DNA of 8,014 bases from Naegleria gruberi. Lineage: Eukaryota. The notes beneath the pieces are model-generated. The model was not told where the DNA came from. It ran no database searches and saw nothing but the letters and a program-made list of their open reading frames with translations. Each line of letters starts with the position of its first letter. Positions within the stretch are counted from its first letter, which is position 1. The position numbers and the translations under genes were made by a program. This document shows, piece by piece, positions 1-7,281 of the stretch. The stretch lies in assembly GCA_000004985.1 (NCBI GenBank), contig GG739057.1. One strand, written 5' to 3'.

Positions 1-50
1 ATCCATACATTTATATTTCATTATTGAATTGTTTATATTATTTATATTTG

Positions 51-92
51 AATTATTTGTTGTATTATTTAAATTATTTGTTGTATTATTTA
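51..92. repeat. Perfect tandem duplication of a 21-bp unit, aattatttgttgtattattta (51-71 and 72-92). It lies in the 3' flank of the minus-strand ORF. The complement of the ORF's TAA stop is the last 3 nt of copy 2 (90-92).
   Basis: Direct reading: the two copies are identical and adjacent. Confidence 0.85.
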
Positions 93-1490
93 ATTATTAA
101 ATTTAGTATTATTAATATAAATAGAACAATTATTTCTAGATGGAAATATAATATTATCCATATCTTCATAAACATCAACAAATGAATGATCTAAATATAA
201 AATATCCCATGAAGATTTAATAATTAAAGTTAAATCCTTATTTTGTATATGAAAATTATCCAATTCACTTTGTGTCATTAATCTAGCATCATTGATCCAA
301 AATTTATTTGGATATCTTAAAAATGTAAATAATTCTGAAAATCTAAATGAAATTCTATTAGCAGTTCTTAATATATTTGTACCTTGTGAAATATTATTAA
401 TTGCAATAAAAGCAGATTTAGAACTTAATTGCATATCAATAAAAAACATTGTAATACATAAAATTGTAATAATAATTGTAATTAAAACAACTATTGATAT
501 ACTTGATTGAGGTTTTGATAAATAATTAATTTGTTTAATATCAATTTCTTTATCTATTTTTTTATCTAATAATTGATAAATTTTACCAAATATATCTTTA
601 CTAATTGTATTTGATATAAATTTAATACTTGATCTTAAATGTCTTAAATTATATAATGAAATAACAACAACTGTTGCAGCACATATAATATAAATAGAAA
701 TTGAAATTGAATAATAAATAATAAATTGATTTGATAAATTTGAAACTAATTGTTGATTTCTATTTAAAAATAAATCACAATATGCATCATAGGCATTTGA
801 ATGTTCTTTTCTATTTGACCAATAAAACATAAAATCTGAATTTATACTTGTTTGTTGATATAAATCTAAATTTGTATATTCTAAATAATTATTTGTATAT
901 TTAATTAATAAATCTGTAATTTCAGAAATGGATGAATTTCTACTTTGTGTATAATTTAAAGGTGATTTTGATATATTTGTATAATATAATACAGGTGAAT
1001 ATAATATATATATTGTATTTCTATAATCTTTTACCATTTCATTTGTAAATTTATTAATTGCTATATCTGTCAATTCTTTTAAAACATTATTATATAAATG
1101 TAATCTATTTTTATGTTCTTGATTAAATACATCAATAGATTGTATTGATGTTAATATATTTGTTGAATTTAATATATTTGATTTATATTTATCAAATAAA
1201 TAAATAAAATTTTGTTGAGTTCTAACTTCTCTTAATAAAAATCTAGGAATTGCTGTTGGCATACAATGATAATATGAAAATTGAATATTACTTGTCATTT
1301 CTTTTGAAAAACTAATACTCATTCCAATTCCAATAGTTAATACTATAAATGATAATATTGATAATATTATAAAAAATATTAAATGTGTTACATGATTTGT
1401 TGCTCTATTTAATGATGTTCTAAATTGATATTCTTTTTTTTGATATTGTGAATTTTCAATTCCATCAAAATCAGAATTATTTTCTAACAT
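90..1490 (-). CDS. Hypothetical membrane protein, 466 aa. Predicted layout: a short cytosolic N-terminus, TM1 (HLIFFIILSILSFIVLTIGIGMSI), a loop of about 210 aa with many N-x-S/T sequons, TM2 (FIIYYSISISIYIICAATVVVISLYNL), TM3 (ISIVVLITIIITILCITMFFI), then a C-terminal region of about 110 aa.
   Basis: A 1.4 kb open frame in roughly 80% AT DNA, where stop codons are otherwise very frequent. Codon usage is Dictyostelium-like (tta, aat, ggt, cca, tct). The ATG sits in an A-rich context (aatgaaATG). The hydrophobic stretches are read from the translation. No recognisable catalytic motif was found. Confidence 0.6.
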   Translation of the reverse strand: MLENNSDFDGIENSQYQKKEYQFRTSLNRATNHVTHLIFFIILSILSFIVLTIGIGMSISFSKEMTSNIQFSYYHCMPTAIPRFLLREVRTQQNFIYLFDKYKSNILNSTNILTSIQSIDVFNQEHKNRLHLYNNVLKELTDIAINKFTNEMVKDYRNTIYILYSPVLYYTNISKSPLNYTQSRNSSISEITDLLIKYTNNYLEYTNLDLYQQTSINSDFMFYWSNRKEHSNAYDAYCDLFLNRNQQLVSNLSNQFIIYYSISISIYIICAATVVVISLYNLRHLRSSIKFISNTISKDIFGKIYQLLDKKIDKEIDIKQINYLSKPQSSISIVVLITIIITILCITMFFIDMQLSSKSAFIAINNISQGTNILRTANRISFRFSELFTFLRYPNKFWINDARLMTQSELDNFHIQNKDLTLIIKSSWDILYLDHSFVDVYEDMDNIIFPSRNNCSIYINNTKFNN

Positions 1491-1577
1491 TTCATTATAA
1501 TATATTATTTAATGTAATATTATTTAAATTATTAAAATATGTATCATTTGTATTATTATTATTATTAGTATTTAAAT
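1491..1577 (-). other. An 87-bp spacer of about 95% AT between two same-frame ORFs. In the shared frame it contains four further stop codons. On the minus strand it has no GT dinucleotide and no AG, so it is not a canonical intron. It is either a very short intergenic region between tandem genes or an unresolved gene-structure or assembly problem.
   Basis: The reverse complement was translated by hand. 3599-1490 = 2109 = 3 x 703, so the two ORFs share a frame. Stops seen: taa, taa, taa, taa. The plus strand has no C across 1561-1660, so there is no GT on the minus strand there. Confidence 0.5.
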
Positions 1578-3599
1578 TTATATTATTATTATTATTAATA
1601 TTATTGAATTATTTATTATTTTATTATTAATATTATTATTTGAATTATTTAAATTAAAATTTGGAACAATTCTTTTTGTTTTTTTCTTTTTAAATTGTTT
1701 TTTAAATTGATTATTTGATAAAACTTGTTGATTTGATTGTAAATATAAAGTAGTAACTTTTTTAGATTCTTCTTCTTCAATAGAAGAGGCTTCATCATAC
1801 ATGTCAAAAGCCTTTTCCTTTTCAAATTTAATTTCTTCTAAATATTTAGCAAATGTTCTTAAAACAGTCTTATTATTACCATAATTAGCAATTAAACCAT
1901 TAAATATAATATCACATTCTCTTGTTAGAGAAGTTATTTGTTTGTTTAAACTTTCAATCTTATTAATTGAAATTGATTCTTGTAACATTTCTTTCCAAAA
2001 TGCTTTATGTAATGTCATGATTACAAAATGTTTCTTTTCTAATTTTAGTAATATATGTTTAATATCTAATACATTTCTACCATCTAAATCAATTAATGAT
2101 TCAATTTCTTTATTTCTTTCTAATAACCATAAACGTTGTAAAAAATTAGGTGATGATTTTCTACCTTTTTTTAATAATAATAATGCTTTTGTACATCCAT
2201 CTTGATCATTTAAATAATTTCCTAATAAAATTGATGAAATTAATAAAATATAAAAATTTTGAAATGTTTTTTGTGATGATAATCCCTTTACAAAACTTTT
2301 ACTAATTTCCAAATCATTTTCATTATTTTTTAAACATTTTGTACTAAATTTTAAATATAAATATAAATAATTTGTTAATTTTAAATCTTCAATTTGTTGT
2401 AAAATTGAACATGATTCTCTTTCAATTACATTTAATAAATCTTCATTTTCCATTTTAGATTCTGCATGATTTATAATTAAATTTTTAATTTGTGTTAATT
2501 TAATTTTTAAATAAATTTCAAATCCAATTAATCCAATTATAAAAAATAATAAAATACTACCAATATGCATACCAATTAATCCTAATCCAATATTATAATC
2601 TTTTTCAATATTAACATATATAGATATAATACCAGATATAGCACTTCCAATTGTAGCACAATTTACTCCAAAATAAATTGAATTTTCTAATCTATTATAA
2701 AATGGAATTGTAAATAAAAAATAAATTGTTAATAAAAATCTCATAATTAAAAATAAACTAGCTTGAATAATTAAATATTCTTTAGATACTATATTTAGTA
2801 ATAAATAAAATACTTGTTGTGATAAAATATCTAATAAATAAGTTGTAATATTATAACTATTAAATATTGTTTTACTTTTAACATTTTTATCTGTTATAGT
2901 AAATACAGTTATAATTAAACTTAAATTCATAATTATAAATGAAATACATGCAATTACCATAAATAATAAATTAATATTTCCATAACAAGCAATATTTGGA
3001 TATCTATATAAAACTTGTTTAGGAGTTGCAATTGACATTTCTTGTAAAATAACATTACTTGAATAATCACAATTTAAATATCCTAATAATAACCATGAAA
3101 TTGGTAAATGAAAAAATCCAATAATTCCATTTATAATTCTTGTTACTTGTTTAATTTTATTCCAATATTTACTCATTGTATATACACTTCTATATGATAT
3201 TAATAATAATATAAATTGTAATACAATTATTGTAAATATTATAGATGATAATATTATTGATACTATATATGGTAAGTAATCAAATCCAAATGTAATTGGA
3301 AAATTTAATGATCTTGCAATCCATTGTCCATATTCACCATAATTATATGTTGGTTGAATACCCATTACTAATATAGACCATGTAAAATATGATATTAAAA
3401 TTATATTTTTTAAAGTTTCCTTTTTTTTAGATTTTTCATTTAAATTTTGTAATGATAATAAAAATAGAAATAAACGTTCTTCAAATTTAGTAAATAATGA
3501 TATTTTATAAAAATCAGAAATTGAATTTGTACTATTAGATATCATACTACCTGTTTCATTTCTATATTCAAAATATGATTCATTCATACCATTATTCAT
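1578..3599 (-). CDS. Hypothetical multi-pass membrane protein. At least 8 hydrophobic helices fall in the first ~400 residues. They are followed by a soluble region of about 270 aa with charged and coiled-coil-like stretches (KMENEDLLNVIERESCSILQQIEDLKL) and a Lys/Asn-rich tail. The N-terminus is probably further upstream, see 3596-3940.
   Basis: A 2 kb ORF in AT-rich DNA with Dictyostelium-like codon usage. The TM segments are read from the translation. No Walker, cyclase or kinase motifs were seen. Confidence 0.65.
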   Translation of the reverse strand: MNNGMNESYFEYRNETGSMISNSTNSISDFYKISLFTKFEERLFLFLLSLQNLNEKSKKKETLKNIILISYFTWSILVMGIQPTYNYGEYGQWIARSLNFPITFGFDYLPYIVSIILSSIIFTIIVLQFILLLISYRSVYTMSKYWNKIKQVTRIINGIIGFFHLPISWLLLGYLNCDYSSNVILQEMSIATPKQVLYRYPNIACYGNINLLFMVIACISFIIMNLSLIITVFTITDKNVKSKTIFNSYNITTYLLDILSQQVFYLLLNIVSKEYLIIQASLFLIMRFLLTIYFLFTIPFYNRLENSIYFGVNCATIGSAISGIISIYVNIEKDYNIGLGLIGMHIGSILLFFIIGLIGFEIYLKIKLTQIKNLIINHAESKMENEDLLNVIERESCSILQQIEDLKLTNYLYLYLKFSTKCLKNNENDLEISKSFVKGLSSQKTFQNFYILLISSILLGNYLNDQDGCTKALLLLKKGRKSSPNFLQRLWLLERNKEIESLIDLDGRNVLDIKHILLKLEKKHFVIMTLHKAFWKEMLQESISINKIESLNKQITSLTRECDIIFNGLIANYGNNKTVLRTFAKYLEEIKFEKEKAFDMYDEASSIEEEESKKVTTLYLQSNQQVLSNNQFKKQFKKKKTKRIVPNFNLNNSNNNINNKIINNSIILIIIII

Positions 3600-3940
3600 A
3601 TTAGGATCACTTGATATATTTGATAATCTTCTATTATTAATATTAATACTATTATTATTATTATTATTATTATGATTATTATTATTAATAATAATGTATT
3701 ATTTATATGATGAGGTGAATTAATATGGTTAGTATTTGTATTATTATTAATATTAACATANTTTGGATGATTTAAATTAATAGTTGGTATTTGTGTATTA
3801 CTTGATGATGTTGTAATTGCTCCACTAATAACCAATTTACTTCCACCATTATTAATAGGATTGGAGGAGGAGGGTTGCTGACCACCATTACTAGTAATGA
3901 CAGGAGGAGTACTAGTTACGGCGAATTGAACACCATTCAT
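3596..3940 (-). CDS. Probable N-terminal coding part of the same membrane-protein gene (MNGVQFAVTSTPPVITSNGGQQPSSSNP...HINSPHHINN). It is in a different frame from 1578-3599. The frames meet inside an (aat)n poly-Asn tract and differ by -1/+2, which is consistent with a single-nucleotide indel. An ambiguous base (n) lies nearby at 3761.
   Basis: This segment is GC-richer and has good codon usage (ggt, cct, act, caa). The ATG is in an A-rich context (aagaATGaat). The 1578-3599 frame stays open upstream of its first Met, as ...YIIINNNNHNNNNNNNSININNRRLSNISSDPN-M, up to a stop at 3699-3701. The only GT..AG pair in the overlap region is 19 nt apart, too short for an intron. Confidence 0.45.
   Translation of the reverse strand: MNGVQFAVTSTPPVITSNGGQQPSSSNPINNGGSKLVISGAITTSSSNTQIPTINLNHPXYVNINNNTNTNHINSPHHINNTLLLIIIIIIIIIIIIVLILIIEDYQIYQVILI
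3640..3692. repeat. (att)n trinucleotide microsatellite on the plus strand, which is (aat)n on the minus strand. It encodes poly-Asn in the 1578-3599 frame and poly-Ile in the 3596-3940 frame.
   Basis: Direct reading. This is the typical Dictyostelium coding Asn repeat and a hotspot for indel errors. Confidence 0.8.
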
Positions 3941-4102
3941 TCTTACTATTTCTTAGAGAAGTTGTAGTAGAGATGATGCTAGTACTAATGATGATTGTCT
4001 AATTATGAATGCTTCTTCGTAGGAGTATTAGAGTGAATTTATTGTATAAGTTCTTCTTCAGTATTGCTGGGTAATTAGTAACAAGTAACAAATTGTACAC
4101 GT

Positions 4103-4114
4103 TTTGGCGCGAAA
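4103..4114. promoter_or_regulatory. Perfect palindromic E2F-type site, TTTGGCGCGAAA. This is the reverse complement of the classic DHFR and adenovirus-E2 TTTCGCGCCAAA. It lies about 165 bp upstream of the minus-strand ATG at 3940.
   Basis: The 12-mer is read directly at 4103-4114 within cacgTTTGGCGCGAAAtatt. A GC-only hexamer is very rare in this sequence context. Confidence 0.45.
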
Positions 4115-5191
4115 TATTCTCTTTTTTTTAAGGATTTCAAATATTCAAAAGAAGTGTATTGGCATCTATTTAACGACAATAAACCTCAAAATCGGAAGAG
4201 ACCAATTCATTGAGTATACTTGTTTGGATTCACGAATCATATTTGCTTCGGCACTTTAAGACCAATCAAAGAATTCATTATCAATAAGGATGAGGTGGTA
4301 GTCAGTTCAAGGCGGTTATTAAAACCTCCTTAGAATTGGATTTAAAATTCTTTCCTTTTGCCTAAAAATCTATACTTGAATGCATTATGAAATATATCAT
4401 GATTAACTTTTGATTGAAATAACTCATGTAACATGAAAAGTCAATGATTAAGGTTTAAATAGTTGTACCATTTGAATTGATCAACACTATAATGTTATCA
4501 ATAAATATTCAATCTCCCATTCTGACGCATTACTCTTAATAGAACTTTGAATATTCGTACGGAACATTGTCAGTCTTAATAAGAATATGTGTCATATTGT
4601 TTGTCCACACTATTGAAACAATGTATTATTATACCATTAATCAAACACACTTTATGTCATATAGATTGAACAATAACTCTTAATATTATTATTAAAGAAT
4701 GAAATTCATAAAGATAAAACACCATTTTCTATTAATTTTGAATGTTAACAATAAATATAATATGGTTTGATGATGATTCTCTTAATTAACTTGTAATTCT
4801 CTGAATATATTATTTTTCAATCACCAAAATTAAATATAGTATTACAATAAACATTACTAATATGGATGTTATAATATTAAAGTATAATATATTTACAAAT
4901 ATATTGAAAAAGATTCTTCTGCACTGTTTTTCAACTACATTACAACCAATCCTGTATAGAGATAGAGAGAGTGATTCATCACCGTCATTATTCTATCTCT
5001 CTCTGATATATGAAACTAACATTCAGTTCTACTGTAAATCAGAGGTCTTTGCCCTAAATGATCTCCTTAATAGTGCTCCACATTACAAACTCTCTCTCTA
5101 AGAGTCCATTAAAAAAGTGAGTGAACTGTTATTAAGGAATTGAGTACAAGAACACACTCCATTATATTCTTTCACTCTATAATATTTGTAT

Positions 5192-5215
5192 TATAAATCT
5201 CTGATAAAGAGATTT
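5192..5215 (+). promoter_or_regulatory. TATA-like box tataaat (5192-5198) overlapping a perfect 8-5-8 inverted repeat, AAATCTCT-gataa-AGAGATTT (5195-5215). The spacer carries a GATA core (tGATAAa). It is about 115-135 bp upstream of the putative histidine kinase ATG at 5329. The 9-mer TCTCTGATA also occurs at 5000-5008.
   Basis: Direct reading. revcomp(aaatctct) = agagattt. Confidence 0.4.
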
Positions 5216-5328
5216 TAAACAACATCATCAATCACCATCATCAATTATCATCTCAACAAGGAAACAAAATACTACATAATTAGCAATCATAATTTCTATT
5301 TTCCATTGTTGTGAACACACATTATAAA

Positions 5329-5374
5329 ATGTCTAGAAGGAATTCATCATCATTCAGTGGTGGTGGTGGTGTAG
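5329..5374 (+). CDS. Putative first coding nucleotides of the histidine kinase gene (MSRRNSSSFSGGGGV...). It runs straight into the N gap.
   Basis: ATG in aaaATG context downstream of a TATA-like box. An open frame with ggt-rich Gly codons. Its continuity with the exon at 6870 cannot be shown across the gap. Confidence 0.3.
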
Positions 5375-6782
5375 NNNNNNNNNNNNNNNNNNNNNNNNNN
5401 NNNNNNNNNNNNNNNNNNNNNNNNNNNNNNNNNNNNNNNNNNNNNNNNNNNNNNNNNNNNNNNNNNNNNNNNNNNNNNNNNNNNNNNNNNNNNNNNNNNN
5501 NNNNNNNNNNNNNNNNNNNNNNNNNNNNNNNNNNNNNNNNNNNNNNNNNNNNNNNNNNNNNNNNNNNNNNNNNNNNNNNNNNNNNNNNNNNNNNNNNNNN
5601 NNNNNNNNNNNNNNNNNNNNNNNNNNNNNNNNNNNNNNNNNNNNNNNNNNNNNNNNNNNNNNNNNNNNNNNNNNNNNNNNNNNNNNNNNNNNNNNNNNNN
5701 NNNNNNNNNNNNNNNNNNNNNNNNNNNNNNNNNNNNNNNNNNNNNNNNNNNNNNNNNNNNNNNNNNNNNNNNNNNNNNNNNNNNNNNNNNNNNNNNNNNN
5801 NNNNNNNNNNNNNNNNNNNNNNNNNNNNNNNNNNNNNNNNNNNNNNNNNNNNNNNNNNNNNNNNNNNNNNNNNNNNNNNNNNNNNNNNNNNNNNNNNNNN
5901 NNNNNNNNNNNNNNNNNNNNNNNNNNNNNNNNNNNNNNNNNNNNNNNNNNNNNNNNNNNNNNNNNNNNNNNNNNNNNNNNNNNNNNNNNNNNNNNNNNNN
6001 NNNNNNNNNNNNNNNNNNNNNNNNNNNNNNNNNNNNNNNNNNNNNNNNNNNNNNNNNNNNNNNNNNNNNNNNNNNNNNNNNNNNNNNNNNNNNNNNNNNN
6101 NNNNNNNNNNNNNNNNNNNNNNNNNNNNNNNNNNNNNNNNNNNNNNNNNNNNNNNNNNNNNNNNNNNNNNNNNNNNNNNNNNNNNNNNNNNNNNNNNNNN
6201 NNNNNNNNNNNNNNNNNNNNNNNNNNNNNNNNNNNNNNNNNNNNNNNNNNNNNNNNNNNNNNNNNNNNNNNNNNNNNNNNNNNNNNNNNNNNNNNNNNNN
6301 NNNNNNNNNNNNNNNNNNNNNNNNNNNNNNNNNNNNNNNNNNNNNNNNNNNNNNNNNNNNNNNNNNNNNNNNNNNNNNNNNNNNNNNNNNNNNNNNNNNN
6401 NNNNNNNNNNNNNNNNNNNNNNNNNNNNNNNNNNNNNNNNNNNNNNNNNNNNNNNNNNNNNNNNNNNNNNNNNNNNNNNNNNNNNNNNNNNNNNNNNNNN
6501 NNNNNNNNNNNNNNNNNNNNNNNNNNNNNNNNNNNNNNNNNNNNNNNNNNNNNNNNNNNNNNNNNNNNNNNNNNNNNNNNNNNNNNNNNNNNNNNNNNNN
6601 NNNNNNNNNNNNNNNNNNNNNNNNNNNNNNNNNNNNNNNNNNNNNNNNNNNNNNNNNNNNNNNNNNNNNNNNNNNNNNNNNNNNNNNNNNNNNNNNNNNN
6701 NNNNNNNNNNNNNNNNNNNNNNNNNNNNNNNNNNNNNNNNNNNNNNNNNNNNNNNNNNNNNNNNNNNNNNNNNNNNNNNNNN
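5375..6782. other. Assembly gap or masked region of 1408 Ns.
   Basis: Direct reading. The track ORFs spanning it are translation artifacts. Confidence 0.99.
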
Positions 6783-6869
6783 CAATTTTTTAGATTAATA
6801 ATATCAGATATAAATCCAAGTTATTCATGGATGACGATTGGATTTATGGCAAGTACAGTTCATAATTGA

Positions 6870-7181
6870 TCATCATTTATATTACATAATTCAATTGCAT
6901 TAGGTGATAATGGATTATCAACTGCATTATGGACAATTTTACCATTAAATATTTTATCAATTGGTACTAGTTTAATTTTATCTTTATATTTTAATAGATG
7001 GTCTGAATCATTTGGTGTTTTAACAATGTTAACTATATTTAATTTAGTTTTTAATACTACTTCTTATAAATTAATGGAAAAATTAAATATGATGAATATA
7101 ATGACTGGAAGATTAAAAGATGCAAATAAGAGTAAAAATTCATTAGTTTCTTCTATTTCACATGAATTTCGTTCTCCTTTA
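6870..7181 (+). CDS. Histidine kinase exon, partial at its 5' end, with an unresolved boundary. It contains a predicted TM helix (LSTALWTILPLNILSIGTSLILSLYF), a linker of about 40 aa (MEKLNMMNIMTGRLKDANKSKNSLVSS), and the HisKA H-box ISHEFRSPL with the phosphorylatable His at 7161-7163.
   Basis: H-box matches the consensus SHELRTPL. The frame is open from 6870. An in-frame TGA lies just upstream at 6867-6869. Confidence 0.8.
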
Positions 7182-7281
7182 GTAGGTTTTTTTATTTAAT
7201 ATTTAATTAATTTAAATTTAATTTAATAATTTAATATTTTAATTTATTTTAATATTTTAATTTATATTTAATATTTTAAAG
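7182..7281 (+). other. Spliceosomal intron of 100 bp. Donor is GTAGGT and acceptor is AAAG, with about 95% AT. It is phase 0 and placed immediately after the H-box ...SPL.
   Basis: Without splicing, the frame hits TAA 5 codons after PL. Splicing 7181 to 7282 gives PL|MSISGCIELLLDTKLTEDQIQYLKTI. This aligns residue-for-residue with the canonical HisKA sequence PL-NGIIGMSELLLDTxLTxEQ. Confidence 0.8.

Larger units (their letters stand above)
3941..5328. promoter_or_regulatory. Divergent intergenic/promoter region between the minus-strand membrane-protein gene and the plus-strand histidine kinase gene. It is about 32-35% GC in sampled 60-nt blocks. That is far above the 10-15% GC typical of intergenic DNA in this kind of genome.
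   Basis: Hand GC counts: 4141-4200 gives 19/60 and 4201-4260 gives 21/60. There is no ORF of 60 aa or more apart from 4862-5101, which uses C-ending codons atypical for this genome. Confidence 0.6.

Noticed and set aside
292-510. Short plus-strand ORFs at 292-510, 1448-1630 and 1942-2205, all antisense to the long minus-strand ORFs.
   Set aside because: They overlap much longer ORFs that have coherent TM architecture. Their I/L/F/K-rich translations are typical antisense artifacts.
1578-1700. Possible intron joining the two minus-strand ORFs, with donor GTTCCA at 1667 and acceptor AG at 1485-1484.
   Set aside because: The donor is non-consensus. The resulting junction is out of phase between the two frames. 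The 3' end of the upstream ORF looks like a genuine Lys/Asn-rich tail followed by poly-Ile from (att)n.
4768-4804. Box C-like RTGATGA (4771-4776) followed by a CTGA (4801-4804), plus another TGATGA at 3989-3994, suggesting a box C/D snoRNA.
   Set aside because: The C-to-D spacing is only about 24 nt, too short for a guide region plus C'/D' boxes. The 3989 copy has no CTGA within 150 nt. The number of TGATGA occurrences is near chance for this composition.
4955-5010. GA-rich tract (tatagagatagagagag) followed 20 nt later by a TC-rich tract (tctatctctctct). Possible hairpin or H-DNA.
   Set aside because: The arms are only partly reverse-complementary, with at most about an 8-bp GA/TC stem. This is more simply explained as pyrimidine/purine-rich promoter sequence. 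There is no strong structural claim.
4862-5101. 79-aa ORF in the intergenic region.
   Set aside because: It uses many C-ending codons (ctg, ccg, ctc, gcc, gtc, ttc, tac, atc) that are disfavoured in this genome's genes. It has no motif and sits in the presumed 5' flank of the kinase gene. It is most likely non-coding, though an upstream ORF cannot be fully excluded.
3941-5328. A search by eye for a tRNA gene (T-loop GTTCGAATC-like) or a TRE5/DIRS-type element in the GC-richer intergenic block.
   Set aside because: No T-loop or anticodon-arm-like structure was found. No terminal repeats or recognisable TE ORF fragments were seen. A TE-remnant origin cannot be assessed without a database search.
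5311-6798. Track ORFs of 495 aa (plus strand, 5311-6798) and 487 aa (minus strand, 5322-6785), made mostly of X residues.
   Set aside because: They are artifacts of translating the 1408-nt N run. Only the first 45 nt (MSRRNSSSFSGGGGV) are real sequence.
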